Source: an uncultured delta proteobacterium (GTDB lineage: Bacteria > Myxococcota > Kuafuiibacteriia > Kuafuiibacteriales > Kuafuiibacteriaceae). Taken from it: 64,000 nucleotides of DNA. Below, in pieces: positions 19,650 to 28,808 of the stretch. How positions within the stretch are numbered: the stretch's first letter is position 1; the number at the start of each line of letters is the position of its first letter. Location of the stretch: NCBI GenBank assembly GCA_963803435.1, contig CAWDML010000008.1, positions 256,001 through 320,000 of the forward strand. The letters are read 5' to 3'. A program made the position numbers and the translations under genes. The notes beneath the pieces are model-generated. The model had not been told where the DNA came from. It did not search any database and saw nothing but the letters and a program-made list of their open reading frames with translations.

Positions 19650-20726
19650 GTGGTGGTGCGCGGCGTCCTCTCTCCGCGGTTCGCAGGAGGCATCGACCTT
19701 TCGCTCGACGGCTCCGATTCCCCGGTGCGCGCGACGCGCGTCGCCGACACGCAGGCGGGCCCCTCGGTCCGCCCCGACGCGACCTCGGCCGCGGCGGCGC
19801 GGAACAAGGCGTTGTGCTGCACCACCGCTCAGCAGCTGAAGGCCACGCTGGACGCCAAGCTCCCTGCGCAGCCGGCGGACACGCCGATCCGGATGTTAGA
19901 GGCGGGGCACGCGGCCGCCGGCTCGACGTACCAGCGCGCCGAGGACATGTCGCGCTTCGGCGTCGACGCCGTGGCGGCCGCAAGCCAGCTTGCAGGCACG
20001 GGACAGGTCACCACCTTCGGGACACTCTCGAGGGACGGCGGTCAACTTCGCTACAGCCCGACGCCCGCGGACCGCTTGATCGTGCCGGGGCGCGACGGCG
20101 GTACCGTCGAGCTGAAGTTCGAGGACTTCCAAGGCAACACGCAGAGCGCCGCCGCGTTCCTCGCGAACGATCACTCGCTGTCGTTCACCGCGCAACACGC
20201 GGGCGACCTCGACATGCGGATCAGCGACGTCCGCCGCGGCGAGGCCCACGACATCACCGCCCGCGGCCGCATCACTTTTGGCGACGTCGACTACGACGCG
20301 GACCTTCACTTCGCCGAGACGGATCACTTCCGGTACGACGGTCCCGGCGGCGAGGGCGAGCGCGCTGTCGCCATCACCGGCACGATCGAGAGCGACGACG
20401 CCAAGCTGACCGTCGACGAGACGGCCAGCGACGTCTCTGCGACCGCCGAGGTCCGCGACGGGCTGGGCGGAAGCGCGCACACCACCACACGCACGATCCG
20501 GTCGACGCTCGAGACCGGCGGCGACACCTACGTCTGGAACGACGTGCAGACCCGCGAGTCCTTCCGCAACGGACGGGCCAGCGACGTCGAGCATTGGCGC
20601 GCCGAGGGCGACGTCACCCGCAACGGCGAGCCTTACGGCTCGTATCGTCTCCGCGAGGCCGGTGGGCAGCTCCAGATGGTGATCGATCGTCCCCAGGGCG
20701 CGCTGGTCCTGGAGTCGTTCCGCTGA
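19650..20726 (+). CDS. Hypothetical beta-rich protein
   Basis: Long ORF with strong GC3 bias; start uncertain (ATG 19626 or GTG 19650-19656); no family recognised. Confidence 0.65.
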   Translation: MVVRGVLSPRFAGGIDLSLDGSDSPVRATRVADTQAGPSVRPDATSAAAARNKALCCTTAQQLKATLDAKLPAQPADTPIRMLEAGHAAAGSTYQRAEDMSRFGVDAVAAASQLAGTGQVTTFGTLSRDGGQLRYSPTPADRLIVPGRDGGTVELKFEDFQGNTQSAAAFLANDHSLSFTAQHAGDLDMRISDVRRGEAHDITARGRITFGDVDYDADLHFAETDHFRYDGPGGEGERAVAITGTIESDDAKLTVDETASDVSATAEVRDGLGGSAHTTTRTIRSTLETGGDTYVWNDVQTRESFRNGRASDVEHWRAEGDVTRNGEPYGSYRLREAGGQLQMVIDRPQGALVLESFR

Positions 20727-20727
20727 G

Positions 20728-22606
20728 CTACTCCCGGGGCGGAGCCGTTACGATCTTTCGCCGGGGCACCGAGAGATTCCGCGTGCCGTGCTCGTTCTCG
20801 ACGGTCAGCAGCACGGTCGTGCCCTCGAGGCCGCGAATCCGCTCGATGCAGCCGGCGAACCCCAGCTCGGCGACGGAGGTCCCGTCGATCGCCAAGATGC
20901 GCATCCCCGGCGCCAGGCCGACCTCGGCCGCGCCGCCGCCCGGGATCACGGCGTTGATCACCAGGACGTCGCCGTCGGCGGCGAGGGCCGCGCCGATCCC
21001 CACCAGCTCGAGCTTCGCGTCCTCTCCCTCGGCGAGGCGGGTGAGCGACACCGAGATCGGCCCGGTGGTCTCTCCGGGCTCCACCTGGATCGCGCTGATG
21101 ATCCGCGCGTGGTGATGCTCGGCGGATACCGAGATCGAGTGCGGGCCCGCCGCGAGACCGGACAGCGTGAACGTGCCGTCCGCCGCAGTGACGGTGCTGC
21201 CGAGGTTCGTGACCTGGATGACCGCCCGCGCCATCGGTCCCTCTCTCGAGACGGCCGCGCCTCCGATCGGCGCCCCGCCCTCGGCCTCCACGACGCGCCC
21301 GGTGATCTCGCCGCCGCGGTCGAGCTCGAAGTCGACGGTGACCTCGCCGGTGAGCGCGGGATCGACGGCCACGTCCTTTCGAAGTCCGGGCTCGCAGCCG
21401 TCCGCGAGGATCATGACGTCGTAGGTGCCGCGTCCGACGCCGTCGATCTGGTAGTGACCGGACGAGTCGTAGATGACCTGGGTTCGGTAGGGCTCGACGG
21501 CGACCGCGCCTTGCTGCTTGCCGATCGTGACCAGGAAGCCGGTGACCGGCTCGTCCGAGCCCTTCCGGGTGACGCGTCCGACCAGCCGGGCGCCGCGGCC
21601 GAGCTTCAGCGTCACCTTCGCGGGCGGTCGGATCCCGGTCACCTCCGCGGGCACGAAGTCGTGGTGGCTCGCCTGCACCTCGTACTCTTCGTCGAGGAGA
21701 CCCTCGAGCGCGAACTGTCCTTCGGCGTCGGTCTGGGTCTCGACCTCGGCGCCGTGTCCGCCGGCGCGGGCGCTCACCGCGGCCTCGGCCAGCGGTTCGC
21801 CGTCGGGATCGACGACGCGGCCGTGGACGGTCCGCGAGACCGTGCCCTCGTCGGCGCTGCGAAGGCGGATCGTGACGCGACGGGTGATGGCCTCCGACAG
21901 GCCCAGCCGGGCCCGCCCCGGGGCGTAGCCGGCGTGCGTGGCCTCGAGGACCGCATCCGGCGGGGCTCGGAAGGTGAACGTGCCGTCGGTGCCGCTCTCG
22001 AAGCGGTCGTCGATCGGCACCGGACCCTCCCCGCCCGCGATCAGCCGGACGGTCGCTCCGGCCACCGGCTCCCCGGCCGGCGAGAGCACGCGGCCGGTGT
22101 ACCGGACGGCGGGATCGAGCGTGATGATCGCGCCGCTGATCTGCTCCTTCGGTCGGGCGAGGAACGCGATCGGGCTCTGGCCCCACGCCGGAGCGAACGG
22201 GAGGTGGCCGGCCGCCGTCACTGCGATCAGCACGTAGCGTCCCGAGGCCGCCGGCTGGAACGAGAACTCACCTTCGGGCCCGCTCTCGATCGAGGTCGCA
22301 CCCCCGTCACGGACGAACGTGAGCTCGGCGCCCTGGATCCCGTGGCCGTCGCCGCGCGACACGACGCGACCTTCGAGCACGCCGTGCTCGGTCGGGTGTC
22401 GATCGTCGAATCTCGGGGAGCGCCGGCCAGGGTACCGAGCGCACGACACCGGGAGAGGACGCGCGCGATCGCGCGCCCGGAGGCGTGGGCGTGTCGGTGC
22501 GCGTCGAGCGCGCCGGTTCCCGCGTCTCGTCGGGCTTCGCGCGCCACCACGCGACCACTGCGATCAGCACCGCGATCGCCGTGACGGCGAGGATTCTTCG
22601 ACGCAT
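20728..22606 (-). CDS. Membrane-anchored carboxypeptidase-regulatory-like repeat protein with C-terminal PDZ domain (frameshift near 22400)
   Basis: N-terminal TM (ORF 22307..22606); repeated GRV..dGePv.gA.V beta modules; PDZ LVGIGAAL...VIPGGGAAEVGLAPGMRILAIDG. Confidence 0.8.
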
Positions 22607-22620
22607 GCGCGGATGTTACC

Positions 22621-22934
22621 TCAAAGGAAGCAACGACCGAGTCCGCGGTACGTGGGCGCTCGGTCGACTATCGGATCGCCCCGAACGAGCAGATATTCCG
22701 CGAAGTGCTCCGCCAGCTCGCCCGCCTTCGCGTGCCGGAAGAACACCGGCGCGCCCAGCGGGAGCGACAGCCCGGCCGGCAGGCGGATCGGCGTCTGGAC
22801 CTCGCCCGCACCCTCGAAGGTCAACAGCGAGAGCCCGGGCGGGAGCACCGGACGGGCCCCAGATCGACGAGCGCGAGGGGGAGCGGCTCGCCCTCGATGG
22901 CGTGGTGCAGTCGCTCGTAGTCCGCGGGGAACAC
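22621..22934 (-). pseudogene. Internally deleted PLP-dependent amino acid deaminase/aldolase (alanine racemase-like, DSD1 type)
   Basis: N-terminus VFPADYERLHHAIEGEPLPLALVDL joined out of frame near 22856 to the C-terminus PVLPPGL..EGAGEVQTP..VFFRHAKAGELAEHF..PTYRGLGRCFL; the catalytic core is missing. Confidence 0.75.
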
Positions 22935-22942
22935 GTCCGGTC

Positions 22943-23935
22943 TCAGCGGCTCGCCTGCGCGGCCAACCCGCGGGCCACCTCGGCGCCGGTGAAGCCGCGC
23001 TCGGTGATGATCCCGCTGATCCACTCGGCGGGCGTGACGTCGAAGGCCGGGTTGCGGACCTTGACGCCCTCGGGAGCGATCTGGCGATCGAACACGTGCG
23101 TGACCTCGCGGGCCGCGCGCTCCTCGATCACGATCTCGCTTCCGGAGGCCAGGCTCATGTCGACGGTCGACCAGGGCGCCGCCACGTAGAACGGCCGCCG
23201 GTGATGGTGGAGGAGGCAGGCGATGCCGCGCGTGCCGATCTTGTTGGCTACGTCGCCGTTGCGTGCGATCCGGTCGGCGCCGGTCACCGCGCAATCGATC
23301 AGGTCCTCCGAGAGCAGGTGGGCGACGGCGCCGTCCGCGATGAGCGTGACGTCGATGCCGTCCTTCATGAGCTCCCACGCGGTCAGCCGCGCACCCTGAA
23401 GGACGGGGCGGGTCTCGTCGGCGAACACGCGGATTCGCTTGCCGGCGAGGTGCGCGCCCCGGATGACGGCCAGGGCCGTGCCGAGCTCGGCGGTGGCGAG
23501 AGCGCCGGCGTTGCAGTGGGTGAGCACCGTAGCGCCGTCCTCGAGCAGCTCGGCGCCGATCTCGGCCATGCGCTTGGAGGCGGCCACCTCCTCTGCGTAG
23601 ATGCGGTGGGCTTCGTCGGCGAGCGCCGCAGGATCCGAGCCGGCCCGCCTCATCCGATCGAGCGCCCAGAACAGGTTCACCGCGGTGGGCCGGGTCCGCC
23701 GGAGCCGCGCGTCGGCCGCCTCGAGCGGCTCGCCTCGATGAGCCGCCAGCGCCATCCCGAACGCCGCCGTGATTCCAATCGCGGGGGCGCCCCGCACGAC
23801 CATGGTCTCGATCGCGCGCGCCACCTCCTCGACGGTGTCGAGCTCGACGTACGTCTCCTGCACTGGAAGCCTCGTCTGATCCAGGAGCACCACGGTCCCG
23901 GGGCGATAGTCGATCGTTCGAAACGATGAGCTCAC
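22943..23935 (-). CDS. mtnA: S-methyl-5-thioribose-1-phosphate isomerase
   Basis: LLDQTRLP, MVVRGAPAIG, TRPTAVNLFWAL, LTHCNAGALAT, DETRPVLQGARLTAWEL, GADRIARNGDVANKIGT, NPAFDVTP; GTG overlaps the gatB stop. Confidence 0.95.
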   Translation of the reverse strand: MSSSFRTIDYRPGTVVLLDQTRLPVQETYVELDTVEEVARAIETMVVRGAPAIGITAAFGMALAAHRGEPLEAADARLRRTRPTAVNLFWALDRMRRAGSDPAALADEAHRIYAEEVAASKRMAEIGAELLEDGATVLTHCNAGALATAELGTALAVIRGAHLAGKRIRVFADETRPVLQGARLTAWELMKDGIDVTLIADGAVAHLLSEDLIDCAVTGADRIARNGDVANKIGTRGIACLLHHHRRPFYVAAPWSTVDMSLASGSEIVIEERAAREVTHVFDRQIAPEGVKVRNPAFDVTPAEWISGIITERGFTGAEVARGLAAQASR

Positions 23936-25362
23936 GGCTTCATCCTCTCCTCGAGCATGCTGCGGACCAGCGCCGGGTTGGCCTTGCCCTTCGATGCCTT
24001 CATGACCTGGCCCAAGACGGCGTTGAGCACCTGCGTCTTGCCCGCCCGATACTTGGCCACGTTCTCCTGGTTGCGCGACAGGACGTCGTCGATGAGCGGC
24101 GAGAGCGCTTCGTGGTCGCTGACCTGCTCGCCGGTCTCTTCCAGCAGGCGCTCGAGGGGCGTCCCGTCCCGCCAGATCCGTTCGAAGAGCTGCTTCTGCT
24201 GCGTCGAGGAGATCCGGCCCTGGTCCCTGAGCGCGGCCAGCTCGGCCGCCGTCTCGGGGGTGAGGCGACCCTCCGAGAGCGAGCCGTGCTTGAGCTCGTG
24301 GAGGAGGGTCCCCGTGACGAACGTCGCCAGGCTCGCCGATGCGTCCGGCCGATGCACCAGCGCCCGGTCGAAGAAGCGCGCCAGCTCGGGCCGCTCCAGG
24401 AGGATCTCCGGCAGCTCGCTCGAGATCGCCGCGTACCGCCGCCGCTTGGCCACCGGCAGCTCCGGGAGCGAGGCTCGTATCTCCTCGATCCACTCCGGAG
24501 CGATCGCGAGCTCCGGCAGATCGGGATCGGGGAAGTAGCGGTAGTCGTGCGCTTCCTCCTTGCTGCGCATGGAGCGCGTCTCCTTCTTCTCCGAGTCGAA
24601 GAGCCTGGTCTCCTGCTCGACGCGGCCGCCGTTCCGCAGGATCTCCGCGTGCCGCATCGCCTCGTACTCGATCGCCTGCTCGACGAAGCGGAACGAGTTG
24701 ACGTTCTTGATCTCGCAGCGGGTCCCGAGCGCCTCGGTGCCGCGGGGACGGAGGGAGACGTTCGCGTCGCAGCGGAACGAGCCCTCCTCCATGTTGCCGT
24801 CGCAGACGCCGAGCGTCATGAGGATGGCGCGGAGCTCCTTGAGGTACGCGGACGCCTCCTCGGCCGACGAGAGGTCCGGAGCCGACACGATCTCGATCAG
24901 CGGCACCCCTGCGCGGTTGAAGTCGACGAGCGAGTACGGTGCGCCTGCCGCGTGCGTGCTCTTGCCGGCGTCCTCCTCCATGTGAATGCGGACGATGCGG
25001 ATCGTCTTGCCGGCGATCTCGAGCCGGCCGTCCGAGCAGAGCGGCCGATCGTACTGCGAGATCTGATAGCCCTTCGGCAGGTCGGGATAGAAGTACTGCT
25101 TGCGCGACCAGACGCTCCGCAGGTTGATCCGACAGTCGAGGGCGAGCCCCGCCTTGATCGAGAGCGCAACGACCTCGCGGTTGAGGACCGGAAGCACGCC
25201 GGGGAGCCCGAAGCAGTACTCGCTCACGTGCCGGTTGGGCCGCTCGGGATCGTATCGGTTCTCGACCGCGCTGAAGAGCTTCGTGCGCGTCAGCAGCTGC
25301 GCGTGCACCTCGAGACCGATCACCGGCTCGAAGGCTTCGAGGAGGCTCGCGGGCAGGGCCAT
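23932..25362 (-). CDS. gatB: Asp-tRNA(Asn)/Glu-tRNA(Gln) amidotransferase subunit B
   Basis: VIGLEVHAQL, RKQYFYPDLPKGYQISQY, HMEEDAGKS, GNMEEGSFRCDANVS, RSKEEAHDYRYFPDPDLP. Confidence 0.97.
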   Translation of the reverse strand: MALPASLLEAFEPVIGLEVHAQLLTRTKLFSAVENRYDPERPNRHVSEYCFGLPGVLPVLNREVVALSIKAGLALDCRINLRSVWSRKQYFYPDLPKGYQISQYDRPLCSDGRLEIAGKTIRIVRIHMEEDAGKSTHAAGAPYSLVDFNRAGVPLIEIVSAPDLSSAEEASAYLKELRAILMTLGVCDGNMEEGSFRCDANVSLRPRGTEALGTRCEIKNVNSFRFVEQAIEYEAMRHAEILRNGGRVEQETRLFDSEKKETRSMRSKEEAHDYRYFPDPDLPELAIAPEWIEEIRASLPELPVAKRRRYAAISSELPEILLERPELARFFDRALVHRPDASASLATFVTGTLLHELKHGSLSEGRLTPETAAELAALRDQGRISSTQQKQLFERIWRDGTPLERLLEETGEQVSDHEALSPLIDDVLSRNQENVAKYRAGKTQVLNAVLGQVMKASKGKANPALVRSMLEERMKP

Positions 25363-25427
25363 GAGCTAGCCTTCGCCGAGGTGAAGCCGCGAGTCGAGCT
25401 TGGCCTGCACGGGAGCGTGCGCTTAGG

Positions 25428-25631
25428 ATGGCGAGGGTGCTGCTCCTGGCCGCAAAGTCCGCCGCCCTGCTGGCGTTGATGGTCTCCGTGCTCTACCTGA
25501 CGGTCCGGGCCAAGCGCTTCGGCTTCGACCGCTTCCAGTCCGTCCACAGCCGGCGAAAGTACCGGGTGCCGGTCCGCCGGGAGGTCAGTAGCGAAGCGGG
25601 TACCCGTCCGCCTCCAGCACCGCCTCCGTGA
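25428..25631 (+). CDS. Putative small membrane protein
   Basis: Single hydrophobic helix followed by a basic tail; GC-rich third codon positions; fills an otherwise empty gap. Confidence 0.45.
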   Translation: MARVLLLAAKSAALLALMVSVLYLTVRAKRFGFDRFQSVHSRRKYRVPVRREVSSEAGTRPPPAPPP

Positions 25632-27408
25632 TCTGCCGCTTGAGCGGGAGCAGCGGCTTCACGTCGTTGAGCTGCAGGCGCTTGAGCTCCATGAACCGCG
25701 TGTATTGATCGTCGTCCGGGAACAGCTCCACCACGATCCGCTTGGCCCGCGCGATCGCACGCTCGTAGATCTCGTGGGCGGCCACCCGCGCGAACAGCGC
25801 GTGGATCGCGGCCTTGGGCCCGGAGGTCTCGGACTGGGCCTGGATCGCCCGGCGCACCACGGTGTCGAGCGTGTAGGCGTCGATGCACATGTCCGCGAGC
25901 ATGCAGAGCTGCTCCTGTTCGCGCTCGAGCTCGGTCATCAGCTTCATCGCCGCGGTTCCGATCGTGTAGACCGTCGCCCTGCGGACCAGCTCGGCGAGCA
26001 CCACCTCTTCGGCGAGCGGGCCGTCGGTCTGCGCGGGCACGGGAGACTGGGCGCGGGTGAGCGCGGTCTGGATGTCCTGCTGGACCGGGAGGATCTCGAG
26101 CTGACCCTTCATCGCCCGCTTGAGGATGGTCCCTGGGATCAACATCCGGTTGATCTCGTTCGTCCCCTCGAAGATGCGATTGATCCGGCTGTCGCGGTAC
26201 GCGCACTCGACGGCGAACTCCTCGCTGTAGCCGTAGCCCCCGTGGATCTGCACGCCCTCGTCGACGACGAAGTCGAGGCCCTCGGAGCCGGAGACCTTCA
26301 TGATCGAAGCCTCGATGTTGTACTCCTCGATCGCCTGGACCAGCTTGTCCGCGCGCTCGGGATCGTCCTTGGCGACGTTCATCATGGCGGCGTCGACGAG
26401 CCCGGTGGTGCGATACCCGGTCGACTCGGCGCAGTAGATCTGCACCGCCATGTTGGCGAGCTTCTGCTGGATGATGCGAAAGTCGGCGAGCGGGGTGGCG
26501 AACTGCTTCCGCTCCTTCGCGTAGAGCGTCGCGACGTTCAGCACCTTCTTCATGCCGCCCATCACCGCGACGCCGAGGCGCAAGCGGCCCATGTTGAGGA
26601 TGTTGAACGCGATCTTGTGACCGCGTCCCTCTTCGCCGAGCAGGTTCTCCCGCGGGACGCGGCAGCCCTCGAAGGTGAGGGCGCACGTCGACGAGCCGCG
26701 GATGCCCATCTTGTGCTCCTCGTTGCCGACGATCAGGCCGGGCGTCTTGGCCGGCACCAGGAACGCGGAGAACTTCTTGCCGTCGATCTTCGCGAAGACG
26801 GTGAACACGTCCGCGATCTGCGCGTTCGTGATCCACATCTTCGAGCCGTTGAGGATCCACTCCTTGCCGTCGCCCGAGAGCGTGGCGGTGGTCTTGGCCG
26901 CCAGCGCGTCGGAGCCCGAGCCGGGCTCGGTGAGCGCGTACGCGCCGATCACCTCGGCCGTCGCGAACTTGGGCAGCCACTCGTTCTTCAGCTTCTCGGA
27001 GCCGAAAAAGACCAGCGGGAGCATGCCGATCCCGTTGTGCGCGCCCAGCGCGACCGAGAAGCTCCCCTGCTGCGCGACCGCCTCGGAGACCAGGCAGGAG
27101 GTGGTCTTCTCGAGGCCCAACCCCCCGAAGGCCTCGGGAATGTCGATCATGTGGAAGCCGAGCTCTCCCGCCTTGCGGAGCAGCTCCGGCATCAGACCCG
27201 GCGTCTTGTGCTCGATCTCCTTGTGGATGGGAATGACCTCCTTTTCCACGAAGTCGACCGCGGTCTTGTAGAAGGCGCGCTGCTCGTCCGAAAACCGCTC
27301 GGCGGTGAACACATCGCGGGAACACGCCGGTTCGAGCAGGAAGCCGGCGCCCGGCGGAACCGACACGGGCGTAGCTTGAAGGGCGATGGGGGTCGGTTTT
27401 GCAACCAT
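25585..27408 (-). CDS. Acyl-CoA dehydrogenase (long FadE-like type)
   Basis: YALTEPGSGSDA, LNGSKMWITN, EEHKMGIRGSST, QIHGGYGY, YRDSRINRIFEGTNEINR. Confidence 0.95.
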   Translation of the reverse strand: MVAKPTPIALQATPVSVPPGAGFLLEPACSRDVFTAERFSDEQRAFYKTAVDFVEKEVIPIHKEIEHKTPGLMPELLRKAGELGFHMIDIPEAFGGLGLEKTTSCLVSEAVAQQGSFSVALGAHNGIGMLPLVFFGSEKLKNEWLPKFATAEVIGAYALTEPGSGSDALAAKTTATLSGDGKEWILNGSKMWITNAQIADVFTVFAKIDGKKFSAFLVPAKTPGLIVGNEEHKMGIRGSSTCALTFEGCRVPRENLLGEEGRGHKIAFNILNMGRLRLGVAVMGGMKKVLNVATLYAKERKQFATPLADFRIIQQKLANMAVQIYCAESTGYRTTGLVDAAMMNVAKDDPERADKLVQAIEEYNIEASIMKVSGSEGLDFVVDEGVQIHGGYGYSEEFAVECAYRDSRINRIFEGTNEINRMLIPGTILKRAMKGQLEILPVQQDIQTALTRAQSPVPAQTDGPLAEEVVLAELVRRATVYTIGTAAMKLMTELEREQEQLCMLADMCIDAYTLDTVVRRAIQAQSETSGPKAAIHALFARVAAHEIYERAIARAKRIVVELFPDDDQYTRFMELKRLQLNDVKPLLPLKRQITEAVLEADGYPLRY

Positions 27409-27509
27409 TCAGCCTCAAATGCACGACTTCTTACGCGCTGTGTCAATCGGCAGCGCCTGCGTGTCCAAAAATTGGACGTCGCTGCGGTCCCGGTGTTCCT
27501 TCACCGTAC

Positions 27510-28787
27510 ATGTCGGAGATTGGAGCTGCTCGATCGGATCGCGACCGCGACACCCACGTGACCCCGGTTCTCTTCCGCGACGGGAGCGACCGCCGCAAGA
27601 GCGCGCGGATTCCGCTGCCGACGCCGGTGCGGATCGGCCCGCCGAACGGCACGCCGTACGCATTGGTTTCGGCGATCGATCTGTCCCGGAACGGGTTGTT
27701 CATCGACGCCGATCGTCCGGTCCGCATCGGCGCGCGATTCTCCGCCGAGATCGAGCTGAGCCAGACGAAGGTCTACATCCCCGAGGCCGAGGTCGCCTAC
27801 AACCGTGACCACTACGCCGGCTCCGGCTTCGGCGTTCGCTTCCTGGTGGCGGACGAGGGAGCGCTGGCCGCGGTCGCCGAGGAGATCGACCGCGTCACCG
27901 ATCAGACGCTCATCGTTCGCAACAAGAGGGGCATCAGCGACCTCCCGACGCTGATCCCGATCCCCTCCGAAGAGCCGGCGATGGGCGTCGAGCTCTCCCA
28001 CTACCCCGAGCCGGAGATCGTCTACGAGTCCCTGCTCGAGCCGATGTGCCCGGACACCGTTCCGCCGCAGCCCCAGGCTCCGGCGGTGAAAGAGAGACTG
28101 CAAGTTGGGTTGCATAGAGCACGACACCGCTTCCTCGAGCGCGCCAAGAGCGCGCCCATGATCTTTCGCGGTCTGGCGATCGCGGGGGCGCTCGGGCTGG
28201 TCGCCTCGGCAGCCCTGGCCCTGGCCGGGGAGGGCGGAGAGACGGCTGCTCCCGTGCGCGATCCGAGCGAGCACGGCGTCGGCGCCACCACGCACCAGGT
28301 GTTGATGGGAGAGAAGGACGTGGCGGCCCTCGACAAGCCGGCGCCGGTCGAGCCGCCTGCGATCGAGCCGGCGACGATCGAGGATCCGAAGGTCCGCCGC
28401 CGGCTGCTCCCTCCGCTGGTGGTGCTCGACGAGGAGAAGGTGCAGGCGAAGCCGGAGGCGAAGCCGAAGGTCACGCCGAAGCCGGAGCCGAAGCGAGCGA
28501 TCCCGAAGCGGGCGGCGCTCCCGCTGGACGCGGTGGTGCTCGAAGGCGTCGAGCCCGGCGTCCAGGTGTTGAAGACGCACGTCTTCCGGGCGCCCGATCG
28601 CTTCGTGATCGATCTGACCGGCCAGACGCGGGCCCTCGCCATCCCGGCGTTCCGCCGGCCGGTGAAGATGATCCGCACGGGACGTCATCCCGACTTCTTC
28701 CGAGTGGTGGTGGATCTGGAGTCGCCGATCGAATCGGGAAAGGCGACGGTGACCGAGGGTGGGCTGGTGATCGAGCTGGTGCAGTGA
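27510..28787 (+). CDS. PilZ-domain / TM / AMIN-like domain protein
   Basis: DRRKSAR (RxxxR) and IDLSRNGLFI (DxSxxG), GFGVRF; one TM; Pro/Lys linker; C-terminal APDRFVIDL..IRTGRHPDFFRVVVDL (AMIN-like). Confidence 0.85.
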   Translation: MSEIGAARSDRDRDTHVTPVLFRDGSDRRKSARIPLPTPVRIGPPNGTPYALVSAIDLSRNGLFIDADRPVRIGARFSAEIELSQTKVYIPEAEVAYNRDHYAGSGFGVRFLVADEGALAAVAEEIDRVTDQTLIVRNKRGISDLPTLIPIPSEEPAMGVELSHYPEPEIVYESLLEPMCPDTVPPQPQAPAVKERLQVGLHRARHRFLERAKSAPMIFRGLAIAGALGLVASAALALAGEGGETAAPVRDPSEHGVGATTHQVLMGEKDVAALDKPAPVEPPAIEPATIEDPKVRRRLLPPLVVLDEEKVQAKPEAKPKVTPKPEPKRAIPKRAALPLDAVVLEGVEPGVQVLKTHVFRAPDRFVIDLTGQTRALAIPAFRRPVKMIRTGRHPDFFRVVVDLESPIESGKATVTEGGLVIELVQ

Positions 28788-28808
28788 TCCGCGCGGTCCC
28801 TCAGGACC

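Noticed and set aside
22943-24493. 516-aa extended MtnA
   Set aside because: The extension is an alternative frame of gatB; the MtnA-like sequence begins at GTG 23935.
27463-27477. GTCCAA-aaa-TTGGAC inverted repeat between the acyl-CoA dehydrogenase and PilZ genes
   Set aside because: Could be an operator, but it is a single 6-bp instance with no regulator to assign.
28350-28510. PKPE/IEP repeated sequence
   Set aside because: Low-complexity protein linker, not a DNA repeat element.
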